DNA of 64,000 nucleotides from Alphaproteobacteria bacterium (GTDB lineage Bacteria > Pseudomonadota > Alphaproteobacteria > SP197), in contig OZ219747.1 in NCBI GenBank assembly GCA_964291265.2, positions 640,001 to 704,000 on the forward strand, written 5' to 3'. The notes beneath the pieces are model-generated. The model was not told where the DNA came from. It ran no database searches and was given only the letters and a program-made list of their open reading frames with translations. The position numbers and the translations under genes were made by a program. This document shows, piece after piece, positions 22,228-32,925 of this stretch (the first letter of the stretch is position 1; each line of letters opens with the position of its first letter).

Positions 22228-24181
22228 CCGAAGTTCCGGACGTTTTCCAGCTGGAAGTCGCGTCAAGTCGTTGATCTTGCGTGGTTTATCGGGTTTGACG
22301 GACTTCACAGTGTACCCATGTACGGATGCATTTTGTGCTTGACACACGGCAGTGCCGTGCCTATGTACGGTAGCCATGTACATCGAAGCCGTCCCCAACC
22401 GCTCCTCGCCGCCCGCCATCCTGCTCCGCGAGTCCTATCGCGAAAACGGAAAGGTCAAGAAGCGCACCATCGCCAACCTCTCCAAGTGGTCCCCCACTCT
22501 CGTCGAGGGATTGCGCATCCTCCTCAAGGGAGGAACAGCAGTCCGACATCTCGACGATGCCTTCGACATCGTCCGCTCCCTCCCCCATGGGCATGTCGCC
22601 GCGGTGCTGGGAACCCTGAAGAAGCTGGGACTGGACAGGCTGATCGACCCGAAGCCCTCGCATGAGCGCGATCAGGTCCTGGCCATGATCGTGGCGCACA
22701 TCCTCGAGCCCGCCTCGAAGCTGGCCACGGCCAGGGGGCTGGCCGAGGCCACAGCGGTCAGCACCCTGGGCGAGGTCCTCGATGCGGAGATGGACGAGGA
22801 CGCCCTCTACGGCGCCATGGGCTGGCTCCTGGAGCGTCAGGAGAGGATCGAGCGGTCCCTGGCGAAGCGGCGCCTCGAAGAGGGCTGCCTGGTGCTCTAT
22901 GACCTGACCTCGGTATGGATGGAGGGGAGAGCGTGTCCCCTGGCAAGGAGGGGTCATTCCCGGGATGGCAAGAAGGGCAAGCTGCAGATCGAGTTCGGCC
23001 TTCTGTGCGATCGGGACGGCTGTCCAGTGTCGGTGGAAGTGTTCCCCGGCAACACGGCGGACCCCGGGACGGTGGCATCACAGATCACCACGTTGCAGGA
23101 GCGCTTCTCCCTGGCGAAGGTGGTGCTGGTGGGAGACCGGGGGATGCTGACCGAGGCGCGCATACGCGAGGAGGTGAAGCCTGCGGGCCTGGACTGGATC
23201 AGCGCCTTGAGGGGACCGGCCATCCGTTCACTGGTGGAGGCGGGTGACGTCGAGATGTCGCTCTTCGACGAGAGGGACTTGGTGGAGATCACCAGCGATG
23301 CGTATCCCGGCGAACGCCTCATGGTCTGCCGCAACCCCCTGCTGGCCGAGGACCGGGCCCGCAAGCGCCAGGAGCTGCTCGAGGCCACCGAGGCCCTACT
23401 TGAACCGATCGCCGCAGCGACACGGCGCGACAAGCGCCGTCTCAAGGGTGCCGACAAGATCGGGGAGCGGGTCGGCAAGGTCATCGGTAAATACAAGATG
23501 GCGAAGCACTTCACGTGGTCCATCGACGACGAGGGTGTCTTCACCTATGGGCGCGATGAGGTTGCCATCGCCGCCGAGGCCAGGCTCGACGGCCTCTACG
23601 TGATCCGCACCAGCCTGCCGCAGAGCGAGCTCGACGGTCCCGGCACAGTGCGCGCCTACAAGCGGTTGAGTTCGGTGGAACGGGCCTTCCGCAGCCTGAA
23701 GACCGTGGATCTGAAGGTCCGTCCCGTCTACCACCGCACCGAACCCCGGGTCCGCGCCCATGTCTTCCTGTGCATGCTCGCCTACTACGTGGAATGGCAC
23801 ATGCGCCAGAAACTGAAGCCCATGCTGTTCGACGACGAGGATGCCGAAGGCGCCGAGGCCCGGCGGCCGTCCGTCGTGGCGCCGGCAGAAGTCTCGGCGA
23901 GCGCCCGGGCCAAGGCGGCAACCAAGAGGACGCCCGGGGGTAATCCGGTGCACAGTTTCCGCACCCTCCTCGATGATCTCGCGACCATCACCCGCAACAC
24001 CGTGGCGCCCCGCCTTGCGGGCGCCAAACCCTTCCAGGTCACCACGCGGCCCACGCCGCTCCAGAGAAGAGCACTCAAGCTCCTGGGCGTGAAGCCGTAA
24101 TGTACCCAGTCAGACGCCCCTGAGATCCATCGAATGTCATTTATATCAAGCACTTGCACTTGATCGACGCTGGAACTTCGG
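22228..24181 (+). mobile_element. IS1634-family insertion sequence, apparently intact
   Basis: Terminal IR CCGAAGTTCC / GGAACTTCGG; 6-bp target duplication TCAGAA at 22222-22227 and 24182-24187. Confidence 0.92.
22376..24100 (+). CDS. IS1634-family DDE transposase
   Basis: MYIEAVPNRSSPPAILLRESYRENGKVKKRTIANLS, LYDLTS, VGDRGM, YKRLSSVERAFRSLK, RVRAHVFLCMLAY. Confidence 0.92.
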   Translation: MYIEAVPNRSSPPAILLRESYRENGKVKKRTIANLSKWSPTLVEGLRILLKGGTAVRHLDDAFDIVRSLPHGHVAAVLGTLKKLGLDRLIDPKPSHERDQVLAMIVAHILEPASKLATARGLAEATAVSTLGEVLDAEMDEDALYGAMGWLLERQERIERSLAKRRLEEGCLVLYDLTSVWMEGRACPLARRGHSRDGKKGKLQIEFGLLCDRDGCPVSVEVFPGNTADPGTVASQITTLQERFSLAKVVLVGDRGMLTEARIREEVKPAGLDWISALRGPAIRSLVEAGDVEMSLFDERDLVEITSDAYPGERLMVCRNPLLAEDRARKRQELLEATEALLEPIAAATRRDKRRLKGADKIGERVGKVIGKYKMAKHFTWSIDDEGVFTYGRDEVAIAAEARLDGLYVIRTSLPQSELDGPGTVRAYKRLSSVERAFRSLKTVDLKVRPVYHRTEPRVRAHVFLCMLAYYVEWHMRQKLKPMLFDDEDAEGAEARRPSVVAPAEVSASARAKAATKRTPGGNPVHSFRTLLDDLATITRNTVAPRLAGAKPFQVTTRPTPLQRRALKLLGVKP

Positions 24182-24226
24182 TCAGAACACCGCTTGATGC
24201 GCCGGAAGAAAGGCCACAGGACCCAT

Positions 24227-24694
24227 TCATTGGGGCTCAGGGAGCTCATCTTCGAGAGTGCTGTCGCGCTCGAACAGCACTCGGTATGTGTTGTCCGCAC
24301 ACACCCGGGTCTGCACCCAGTCATGAAAAGGAACATGGTTGGCCTCGGAAGCCGCAACCTCGATGATGCGGTCGGCGATCTCGTCATCGGACAATGACGG
24401 ATCAAGACGCCAGCCATTCGCCGCCAGGGTAGTGACGAGGGCGCCGTAGCCGGCGCGTTTGTTGCCGTCCACCCAAGGATGGTTCTTGACGATCGTCCAG
24501 CAGAGCATGACGGCGGCCCCGACGAGATCGAGGCCGACATAGTCCACGGCCCGTTCCACTCTCCCGACCTCGGACTCGAGCAGGCCACGGTCGCGGAGAT
24601 GAGGTGCGCCGCCGAAGCGGCGCAGCATCGCGTCATGCAGGTGGATGAGGTCCTCGGCGCTCGGCAGGATGATCGCCGGGCGCTCGCTGCTCAC
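24227..24694 (-). CDS. Doc/Fic-family type II toxin
   Basis: HDAMLRRFGG..LRDRGLLES, NHPWVDGNKRA (Doc-type motif); GTG start overlapping the antitoxin stop. Confidence 0.88.
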   Translation of the reverse strand: MSSERPAIILPSAEDLIHLHDAMLRRFGGAPHLRDRGLLESEVGRVERAVDYVGLDLVGAAVMLCWTIVKNHPWVDGNKRAGYGALVTTLAANGWRLDPSLSDDEIADRIIEVAASEANHVPFHDWVQTRVCADNTYRVLFERDSTLEDELPEPQ

Positions 24695-24924
24695 TGCGCG
24701 AGACGCCGATAGACATCGCTGCGGGCGTCCATGTCGTCGAGCAGCGCCTGATACATGGCGCCACCGACGGTAGCCTTGGACTTGAGGATGACGCCGTCCT
24801 GGACGGGCAGGGCAACCACCTCTTCGCCGGGCGCGAGGTTGGCCTGGTTGAGGAGGTCACGGCCGAGGATGACGGCGTGAGAGCCGCCGACCTTGGTGAT
24901 CTTGAGCGTTGCGGCCTTCGGCAT
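24691..24924 (-). CDS. AbrB/MazE-type antitoxin
   Basis: LKITKVGGSHAVIL (swapped-hairpin fold); C-terminal DVYRRLAQ; upstream of and overlapping doc. Confidence 0.82.
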   Translation of the reverse strand: MPKAATLKITKVGGSHAVILGRDLLNQANLAPGEEVVALPVQDGVILKSKATVGGAMYQALLDDMDARSDVYRRLAQ

Positions 24925-25139
24925 GGCTGATGGCTCCAGCAGAAAGTTTTACATATTGTAAAACACTGGGCTGCGATGTCAGACAACAAGGCAGTGCGTG
25001 GCAGGACGCTCCCACGCTTCAATCCGCCTCAGGACCATTCTTTTGTCAGTCCTGTGGATTGTTGATGTGACAGAGACCTGGCATGGTTGAGGCGCCCGGG
25101 TTCACTGTGGGCTGGTTTCAGTGGGCACTGCTGGTGCAT

Positions 25140-27133
25140 CAGGGCTCGCCAGGCACGTTTTTTCGAGTGTGCGAGCAGAACTGTCCTGTTGCGCCGTCAG
25201 GCGGCGCGTTCCCGGCTTGTGGCGCGGGGTCAGGAGCGAAGGTTCATGCGCCGGGCGGGATGAGGATAGCGTCGAGCGCGTCCTGGGCGCGGGCGGCGTC
25301 GTGCCGGTTGGCTTCGGGCATATAGTCGAATTGTCCGCCGCAGCGCACGATGGCGATGGCGGCGTTTGTCAGGCAAGAGAGATTGCGCGGCAGATGGCGC
25401 ACATGGACCCTGCAGCGGTCCTCGTCGTAGGTGAAGTCGCGTACGTAGTGGAGTCGATTTTCGATGACCCAGTGGTCGCGCACGAGGGCCAGAAGCATCT
25501 CGGGTCCGGCGCGTTCGGGACCGAGCGAGGTGAGGCACCAGGTGGTCTCGACACTGCGCTCTTGTGTCTTGCAGATCTCGCGTTCGCGCTCGATGCGGAT
25601 GGCTTGGTGGCGACCGTGGAGAGCGGCGTAGCCGTCCCACTTGGCGCCGGAGATGTCGACCACGGCACAGCGGCGGCGCTCGATGCGTCCGTGTCCCTTG
25701 TCGAGTGTCTCGAACGAAGCCGCACCCTTGAAGTCGATGGCCTTGAGGTCGTCGAGCATGGTCTCCTGGTTATCCTTGATCGCCGTGATGACATAGTCGG
25801 CGCGGCGCTCGAGAAGCCGTCGTGCGGTCTCGTGCTGAGTGTGCATCGCGTCCAGGGTGACGATGCGGCCTGTGACGTCGATGCTGCTGGCAAGGTCCCG
25901 CACGGCGGGGATCTCGTTGCTCTTCGCGTCGATCTCAACCTGGCCGAGGACCATGCCGGTTCCGTGCTCGACCGCTGCGACCATCATCCGCCGCCCGTTT
26001 TTGGTCTGCCTGGAGGCGCCGCGGATGTCCTTGCCGTCCATGGCGAGCGGCGTGTCTGCACCGGCCTGCTGGGCCGTCCACAGGCCGATGGCGTGGTCCA
26101 GGGTCTCGGGCGGCAGGTTGGCGAGAATGGTGTGGAAGGTTGTGGACGTGGGCGCCGTGTAGCGCTTCTTCGACGGGCTGTAGAACGCACCCACCGCCGC
26201 CAGCTGTTCCTGGGTGAGCAGGGCGGCGAACTGAGCGAATGCGCTCACGCCGCGGTAGCCGGCGAGCCGGGCTGCGACGGCGATCGCGAGAATGGTTCTC
26301 AGCGGATAGCGCTTGCCCCGGGGCTTGCGGCACTCGGGCACCTCGCCCAGGCAGGCGAACAAGCTGCGCAGCCCGGACGCGGCCATCGGTCCGGCTTGGT
26401 CGTGCTGCTCCGCGTTCCAGTTCTCCGGGATCGCGTCCCGGCTCAGCGCCTCGGCGGCACCGTCGGTCAGTTCGTACATGAAGATCTCCTTGGGCTGGCC
26501 GTGGTGACGGAAGCGTGCGGCGCCGCCGGGCTTGCGACCGAAGCCGCGCGTCAATCCCAGCGAGCGCCAGTTCGCCGCGCGATAGCAGGTTCCGGCGAAG
26601 CGCTTGATGTCGACGAACGTCTCCGCGAGGAACACTGGATATCCGTGCGCGGCCTCGATGTCGGCGGACAGCCGCCGAAGGCTCAGGCCGAGCACACGGG
26701 ACGCCAGGTTCGGCACCCCTCTCGGGCCAAGAATGACGAACCGGGAATTGTTCGCGATCAGATGCAGGCGCCGGAACTGCTGCTCCGCAGTCCAGCCGAT
26801 CCAGCGGTCGCGTGCAGCAAGCTTGAACGCGCCCGGCTGCCAGCCGACCAGCGCCACCCAGGTCTCGCCGTGCAGGGCGACATGGCGCAGGCCTTTGCCG
26901 ATGATGCCGTGAAACCGCAGGTAGTGATGCTCCTTGACCAGACGATCCCAGAGCCGGTGCTCACGTGCGCCACGGGTCGGGCGCACCGTCACCTCGCGAA
27001 GGTCGATAGGGGAATCCGGGGTCACAAGCGTCGTCATGCCGGCACAATGCCACGGCGAAAACGGGATGTCCACCCCAAAATCAGCCTGCGCCGAGCGCCG
27101 GGACGACAACAGAAAAGTCCTGCAATCCGCCTG
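25140..27133 (-). mobile_element. ISAs1-family element
   Basis: Imperfect ends CAGGGCTCGCCAGGCACGTTTT (25140) and reverse complement CAGGCGGATTGCAGGACTTTT (27133); no target duplication found; ends approximate. Confidence 0.6.
25244..27037 (-). CDS. ISAs1 transposase with N-terminal DUF4338 (DruA-like) domain
   Basis: N-terminus: EHHYL, RDRWIGW, IANNSRF, NLASRVL, AETFVD..RFAGTCYRAANW; C-terminus: RKPRGKRYPL, AMDGK, KSNEIP, TLDAMHTQ, IKDNQ, GHGRIERR, HWVIENRLHYVRD.TYDED. Confidence 0.9.
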   Translation of the reverse strand: MTTLVTPDSPIDLREVTVRPTRGAREHRLWDRLVKEHHYLRFHGIIGKGLRHVALHGETWVALVGWQPGAFKLAARDRWIGWTAEQQFRRLHLIANNSRFVILGPRGVPNLASRVLGLSLRRLSADIEAAHGYPVFLAETFVDIKRFAGTCYRAANWRSLGLTRGFGRKPGGAARFRHHGQPKEIFMYELTDGAAEALSRDAIPENWNAEQHDQAGPMAASGLRSLFACLGEVPECRKPRGKRYPLRTILAIAVAARLAGYRGVSAFAQFAALLTQEQLAAVGAFYSPSKKRYTAPTSTTFHTILANLPPETLDHAIGLWTAQQAGADTPLAMDGKDIRGASRQTKNGRRMMVAAVEHGTGMVLGQVEIDAKSNEIPAVRDLASSIDVTGRIVTLDAMHTQHETARRLLERRADYVITAIKDNQETMLDDLKAIDFKGAASFETLDKGHGRIERRRCAVVDISGAKWDGYAALHGRHQAIRIEREREICKTQERSVETTWCLTSLGPERAGPEMLLALVRDHWVIENRLHYVRDFTYDEDRCRVHVRHLPRNLSCLTNAAIAIVRCGGQFDYMPEANRHDAARAQDALDAILIPPGA

Positions 27134-27289
27134 ATTTCTCTTGACCTCGGGCATTCGTATGGTGCACGCGCGTACTCGGGAAGCTTCCGCTGGCCATCTG
27201 GACTCATTCACATGTGCCATGGAGTCCATCTCCACGAGGAGGGATTGGCAAGCGAACCTGACGCAGACAGACACACGGAGTAGCTCGCG

Positions 27290-28189
27290 ATGCTGAGCAG
27301 GCAGATGACCGCCAACCTCGCGTTGCTCGCCGAAGGCTCTTCCGGGACCGATGCGACATGGCAGGAACACCGCGAATCGTACGACAGCCTGGGCGAGGTG
27401 TTTCCTGCGCTGCCGGGGGTACGGCGGGAGAACGCCGAGTTCGGAGGTATCGAGGGCTTTCGCTACGTGCCGCCCGGGGCCGACGAGACGCGCGCCATCG
27501 TCTATTTCCATGGCGGAGGCTATTGCATCGGCTCCGAGAGGAGTCACGAGATGATCGTCACCAGGCTGGCCGGGATGGCCGGTTGTCCCCTCTGGTTCCC
27601 TCTCTACAGACTGGCGCCTGAGCATCCCTTTCCCGTTCCGGTCGAAGACTGCATTGCGGCGTGGCAGGGATTCGCGGAGCTGGGGGCAGAACCGGACCGT
27701 GTCGGGTTTGCCGGAGATTCGGCCGGTGGCGGCCTGGTCTTCAGCATTTCCCAGGCCGCCAGGGACCGGGGCATGGCCCTGCCGAAATGCTGCGTCGCCC
27801 TCTCGCCCTGGACCGACATGGAAGGAGTCGGCACGTGGCGTGTCGGCGACCCGGAGCGCGATGCATTCCTGTCCCCGGCGGAGCTCGACATGTTCGTCGA
27901 CGGCTTCCTGGCGGGTGCGGACCGCCGCGACCCTCTTGCCGCGCCGATTCTTGGCAGCTTTCAGGGATTGCCGCCCTTTCTGATCCAGGCCAGCCGAAGC
28001 GAACTCCTCTACGACGACGCGATACGCCTCGCCGAGGCGCTTGAGCGCGCCGGCAACCCCGCGCTGCTTGAGCTTGCCGAGGAGGGGACGCCCCATGTCT
28101 GGCACCACATGGCGCCCGATGTTCCAGAAGCCTTGAGGGCTCTCGGCAATGCCGCAGCCTACATGCGGCACCTCACGAACGATGGATGA
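27290..28189 (+). CDS. alpha/beta hydrolase, hormone-sensitive-lipase family esterase
   Basis: YFHGGGY, YRLAPEHPFP, GDSAGG, LSPWTD, ELLYDD, PHVW. Confidence 0.9.
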   Translation: MLSRQMTANLALLAEGSSGTDATWQEHRESYDSLGEVFPALPGVRRENAEFGGIEGFRYVPPGADETRAIVYFHGGGYCIGSERSHEMIVTRLAGMAGCPLWFPLYRLAPEHPFPVPVEDCIAAWQGFAELGAEPDRVGFAGDSAGGGLVFSISQAARDRGMALPKCCVALSPWTDMEGVGTWRVGDPERDAFLSPAELDMFVDGFLAGADRRDPLAAPILGSFQGLPPFLIQASRSELLYDDAIRLAEALERAGNPALLELAEEGTPHVWHHMAPDVPEALRALGNAAAYMRHLTNDG

Positions 28190-28619
28190 TAAGAGGTCCG
28201 GACGTGCGCATGCCGCCCGCGGTACCAGAGGTTGGGGATCACTCGCGCAAGCACCGGGAGAAATCCTGTGTCTCACCAAGGGGCAGACCCTATCACCTGG
28301 TGGACCGAGGATGCGTCAATGGCTCGACGTAGAAGACAGTGCGTCAGGCGGTCGAATGAGTGATGTTGATAGGCCCCGCGCACGGGCGCACACGGGCGCA
28401 CACAGAGCGGTCTCGGGTCGTGGTGGTTCGACCGTAGCCTGCCCGCGGTTGCATCCGGCGTGGCGTCGGGGAATGCCGAGGCCGTCTGGAGAGGTAAGCA
28501 GGCCACGGATTCGGCCTTTGCCGGGCCAGGGCCTCTGGCGGTGCTGACGCCCTGGGCCGGGCTGAGTCCGGCGGAGACGGGCGGGCGCGCACCGGCAGGA
28601 TCCAACCCCCGAAGACAGT

Positions 28620-28892
28620 CTCACGCTGCGGGCGCGTTGCCCCGGATATCACGAGACGGTCAAATATCAGGGTCAGGAAGTCCCGTCGTTCCCTGTTGCT
28701 GGCCGACGACCTGCCACGCATTGGCTCTATGGCCGCCGGAAGCGCCAGGCGGTATTCCTCGGGCGAAAGGCCATAGAGGTCAAGGAAGGCCTGGTTGTCG
28801 CCGATCGTCTGGATGATCCTGACGACCTGGGCCACAACGGCCTCGGGCGGAGCGCCCCTGTGTCGGCATGGAGCCGCTTGCTCAACACCCAT
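28620..28892 (-). pseudogene. truncated hypothetical gene coupled to the dapB 3' end (possibly restriction-endonuclease-like)
   Basis: MGVEQAAPCRHRGAPPEAVVAQVVRII...YGLSPEEY...AIEPMRGRSSASNRERRDFL reads protein-like for about 85 aa, then degenerates; family assignment from recall only. Confidence 0.35.
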
Positions 28893-29700
28893 GGGCGCCC
28901 AGACCGAGAACGTCCTCCATGCCGTAGAGTCCCGCGGGGCGCCTGTGGAGCCAGCGGGCGGCCGTGATGGCGCCACGCACGAAGATGCCCCGATCGCTGG
29001 CCCGGTGGCCGATCTCGATGCGCTCGCCGGGGGCAAGGAACATGACCTGGTGTTCGCCGACGACGTCGCCGCCTCTCATGGCGGCCATGCCGATGGCGCC
29101 GCGCCGGCGGGCTCCGGTGATTCCGTCCCGTCCGCGGTCGACGACCTCGTCGAGGTTGACGCCGCGTCCCCTCGCGGCGGCCTCGGCCAGCATCAGCGCC
29201 GTTCCCGAGGGCGCGTCCACCTTGTGGCGGTGATGGGTCTCGACCACCTCGATGTCGAACTCCTCGTCGAGCGCCGCGGCGACTCTCCTTGTGATGCCGA
29301 GCAGGAGGTTGACCCCCAGGCTCATGTTTCCGGCGCTGACGATCGCTGACCTGCGGGACGCTTCGGCCATCACCCTGCGCGCTGACGCATCGAGTCCGGT
29401 GGTTCCCGCCACAAGGCCCTTGCCCGTGGCCGCCGCGGCGCGGGCATGGGCGACGGTGGCCGAGGGGGACGAGAAGTCGATGACGACGTCGCAGGACGAA
29501 AACAGCGCTTCGGCGCTGTCGACGACGGCGACTCCGAGGGCGCCGATTCCGGCCATCTCGCCGACATCCCGGCCAACGGCGTCGCTCGATGGATGTTCAC
29601 TCGCTGACGTCACCGCGATGTCGTCGCGTGCGCTGATCATCTGCACGAGCATTCTGCCCATGCGTCCCGATGAGCCCGCGATTCCTGCCCGCACGGTCAT
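28882..29700 (-). CDS. dapB: 4-hydroxy-tetrahydrodipicolinate reductase
   Basis: GSSGRMG, IDFS, GTTG, ETHHRHKVDAPSGTAL, RGGDVVGEH. Confidence 0.97.
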   Translation of the reverse strand: MTVRAGIAGSSGRMGRMLVQMISARDDIAVTSASEHPSSDAVGRDVGEMAGIGALGVAVVDSAEALFSSCDVVIDFSSPSATVAHARAAAATGKGLVAGTTGLDASARRVMAEASRRSAIVSAGNMSLGVNLLLGITRRVAAALDEEFDIEVVETHHRHKVDAPSGTALMLAEAAARGRGVNLDEVVDRGRDGITGARRRGAIGMAAMRGGDVVGEHQVMFLAPGERIEIGHRASDRGIFVRGAITAARWLHRRPAGLYGMEDVLGLGAHGC

Positions 29701-29718
29701 GATCACCCCCTCGTTCCG

Positions 29719-30837
29719 TCAGTCGGTCAGATTCTGCCAGAATTCCCTGACGCGCGAGAAGAATCCTTCCGTTTCGGGATTGTGCCGACCCGCATGACCG
29801 GCCTCGTCGAGTTCCTTGAGCAACTCCTTCTGCCGAGAGTTGAGGTTGACGGGAGTCTCGACCACGGTTTCGATGATCATGTCGCCGCGTCGGGAACCGC
29901 GCACCTCCTTCATGCCCTTGCCACGCAGGCGGAACTGGCGACCGGTCTGGGTTCCGGGGGGAATGGCGATCCTCGCACGCGTGCCTTCTATGGTCGGAAT
30001 GTCCACGTCCTTGCCCAGGGCCGCCGAGGTGATGGAAATCGGCACACGGCAGTAGACCGTGCCTCCCTCGCGCTGGAAGAAGGGGTGCGGCTCGATGGAG
30101 ACAATGATGTAGAGATCGCCAGGAGGACCGCCCCGCACCCCGGCCTCCCCCTTGCCCGAAACGCGGATGCGCATGCCGTCCTCGATGCCCGGGGGAATCG
30201 TCACGCTGAGGGTCGTTTCCCTGTGCACGCGGCCCGAACCCGAACACGACGCGCAGGGTTGGCTGATGACCCTGCCGGATCCGCCGCAGGCCGGACACGT
30301 CCTCTCGATCGAGAAGAAACCCTGCTGGGTGCGCACCTTGCCGTAACCAGAACATGTGCCGCAGGAGGTGACTGCATCGGGATCCTGCGCACCGCTGCCC
30401 CCACAGGCCTGGCAGGTCACGCTGGTCGGCACGCGAATATCGGCCTTCTTTCCGGAAAACGCCTCCTCGAGCGTGATGTCCATGTCGTGGCGGAGGTCCG
30501 CGCCCTGCATGCCGCCGCCGCGGCGGCCGCCGCCAAAGTTGCCGAAAAGGTCGTCGAAGACGTCCGCGAAGCTGCTGGCGAAGTCATGAGCCTGGCCAGA
30601 TCCCGTGGACCCGTCGAACGCCGCATGACCGAAACGGTCATAGGCGGCCCGTTTCTGCGTGTCCTTGAGAACCTCGTAGGCCTCGTTGACCTCCCTGAAC
30701 CTGACCTCGGCCCTGGCATCGCCGGCATTGCGGTCAGGATGGTACTTCATCGCAAGCTTGCGATACGCCTTCTTGATGGCGCCTTCGTCGGCGTCACGAG
30801 CCACCCCGAGCACATCGTAGAAGTCCTGTTCAGCCAT
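29719..30837 (-). CDS. dnaJ: chaperone DnaJ
   Basis: J domain with HPD, four CxxCxGxG repeats. Confidence 0.98.
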   Translation of the reverse strand: MAEQDFYDVLGVARDADEGAIKKAYRKLAMKYHPDRNAGDARAEVRFREVNEAYEVLKDTQKRAAYDRFGHAAFDGSTGSGQAHDFASSFADVFDDLFGNFGGGRRGGGMQGADLRHDMDITLEEAFSGKKADIRVPTSVTCQACGGSGAQDPDAVTSCGTCSGYGKVRTQQGFFSIERTCPACGGSGRVISQPCASCSGSGRVHRETTLSVTIPPGIEDGMRIRVSGKGEAGVRGGPPGDLYIIVSIEPHPFFQREGGTVYCRVPISITSAALGKDVDIPTIEGTRARIAIPPGTQTGRQFRLRGKGMKEVRGSRRGDMIIETVVETPVNLNSRQKELLKELDEAGHAGRHNPETEGFFSRVREFWQNLTD

Positions 30838-30860
30838 GACACCGGCTCGTCTTCGGACGA

Positions 30861-32759
<1,899 letters not shown>

Positions 32760-32859
32760 CACGTCAACTCCTCAGGTGTTGCGGCGGGTCGGTGTCGAAG
32801 CCCGGTTCCCGGCACTCCGCCATGACCTCCATTGTCCACATGTCACTGCAGTGATTGAG

Positions 32860-32887
32860 ATATAGGTCTCGCTGGCCGGCCCGCAAG
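32860..32887 (-). promoter_or_regulatory. RpoH (sigma32) promoter of dnaK
   Basis: Minus strand CTTG-N17-CCTATAT, matching the alphaproteobacterial RpoH consensus. Confidence 0.75.
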
Positions 32888-32925
32888 ACGCTGGTCCCGT
32901 TCCTCATGGAAGAGAGCGAGGACCT

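Larger units (their letters stand above)
15420..28880. mobile_element. accessory/defence genomic island between pbp and dapB
   Basis: Break in housekeeping synteny; contains TA/Abi genes, IS elements, pseudogenes and AT-richer stretches; no integrase seen. Confidence 0.75.

Noticed and set aside
18587-27037. Druantia defence system (DUF4338/DruA hits)
   Set aside because: DUF4338 pieces are transposase-associated; no DruE helicase or other dru genes are present.
25121-28279. 1011-aa and 720-aa ORFs around the ISAs1 and esterase
   Set aside because: The N-terminal 400 aa of the 1011-aa ORF is antisense to the esterase and the 720-aa ORF is antisense to the transposase; both are high-GC shadow frames.
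28378-28403. Tandem CACGGGCGCA repeat
   Set aside because: Only about two and a half units with no spacers; not CRISPR-like and plausible by slippage.
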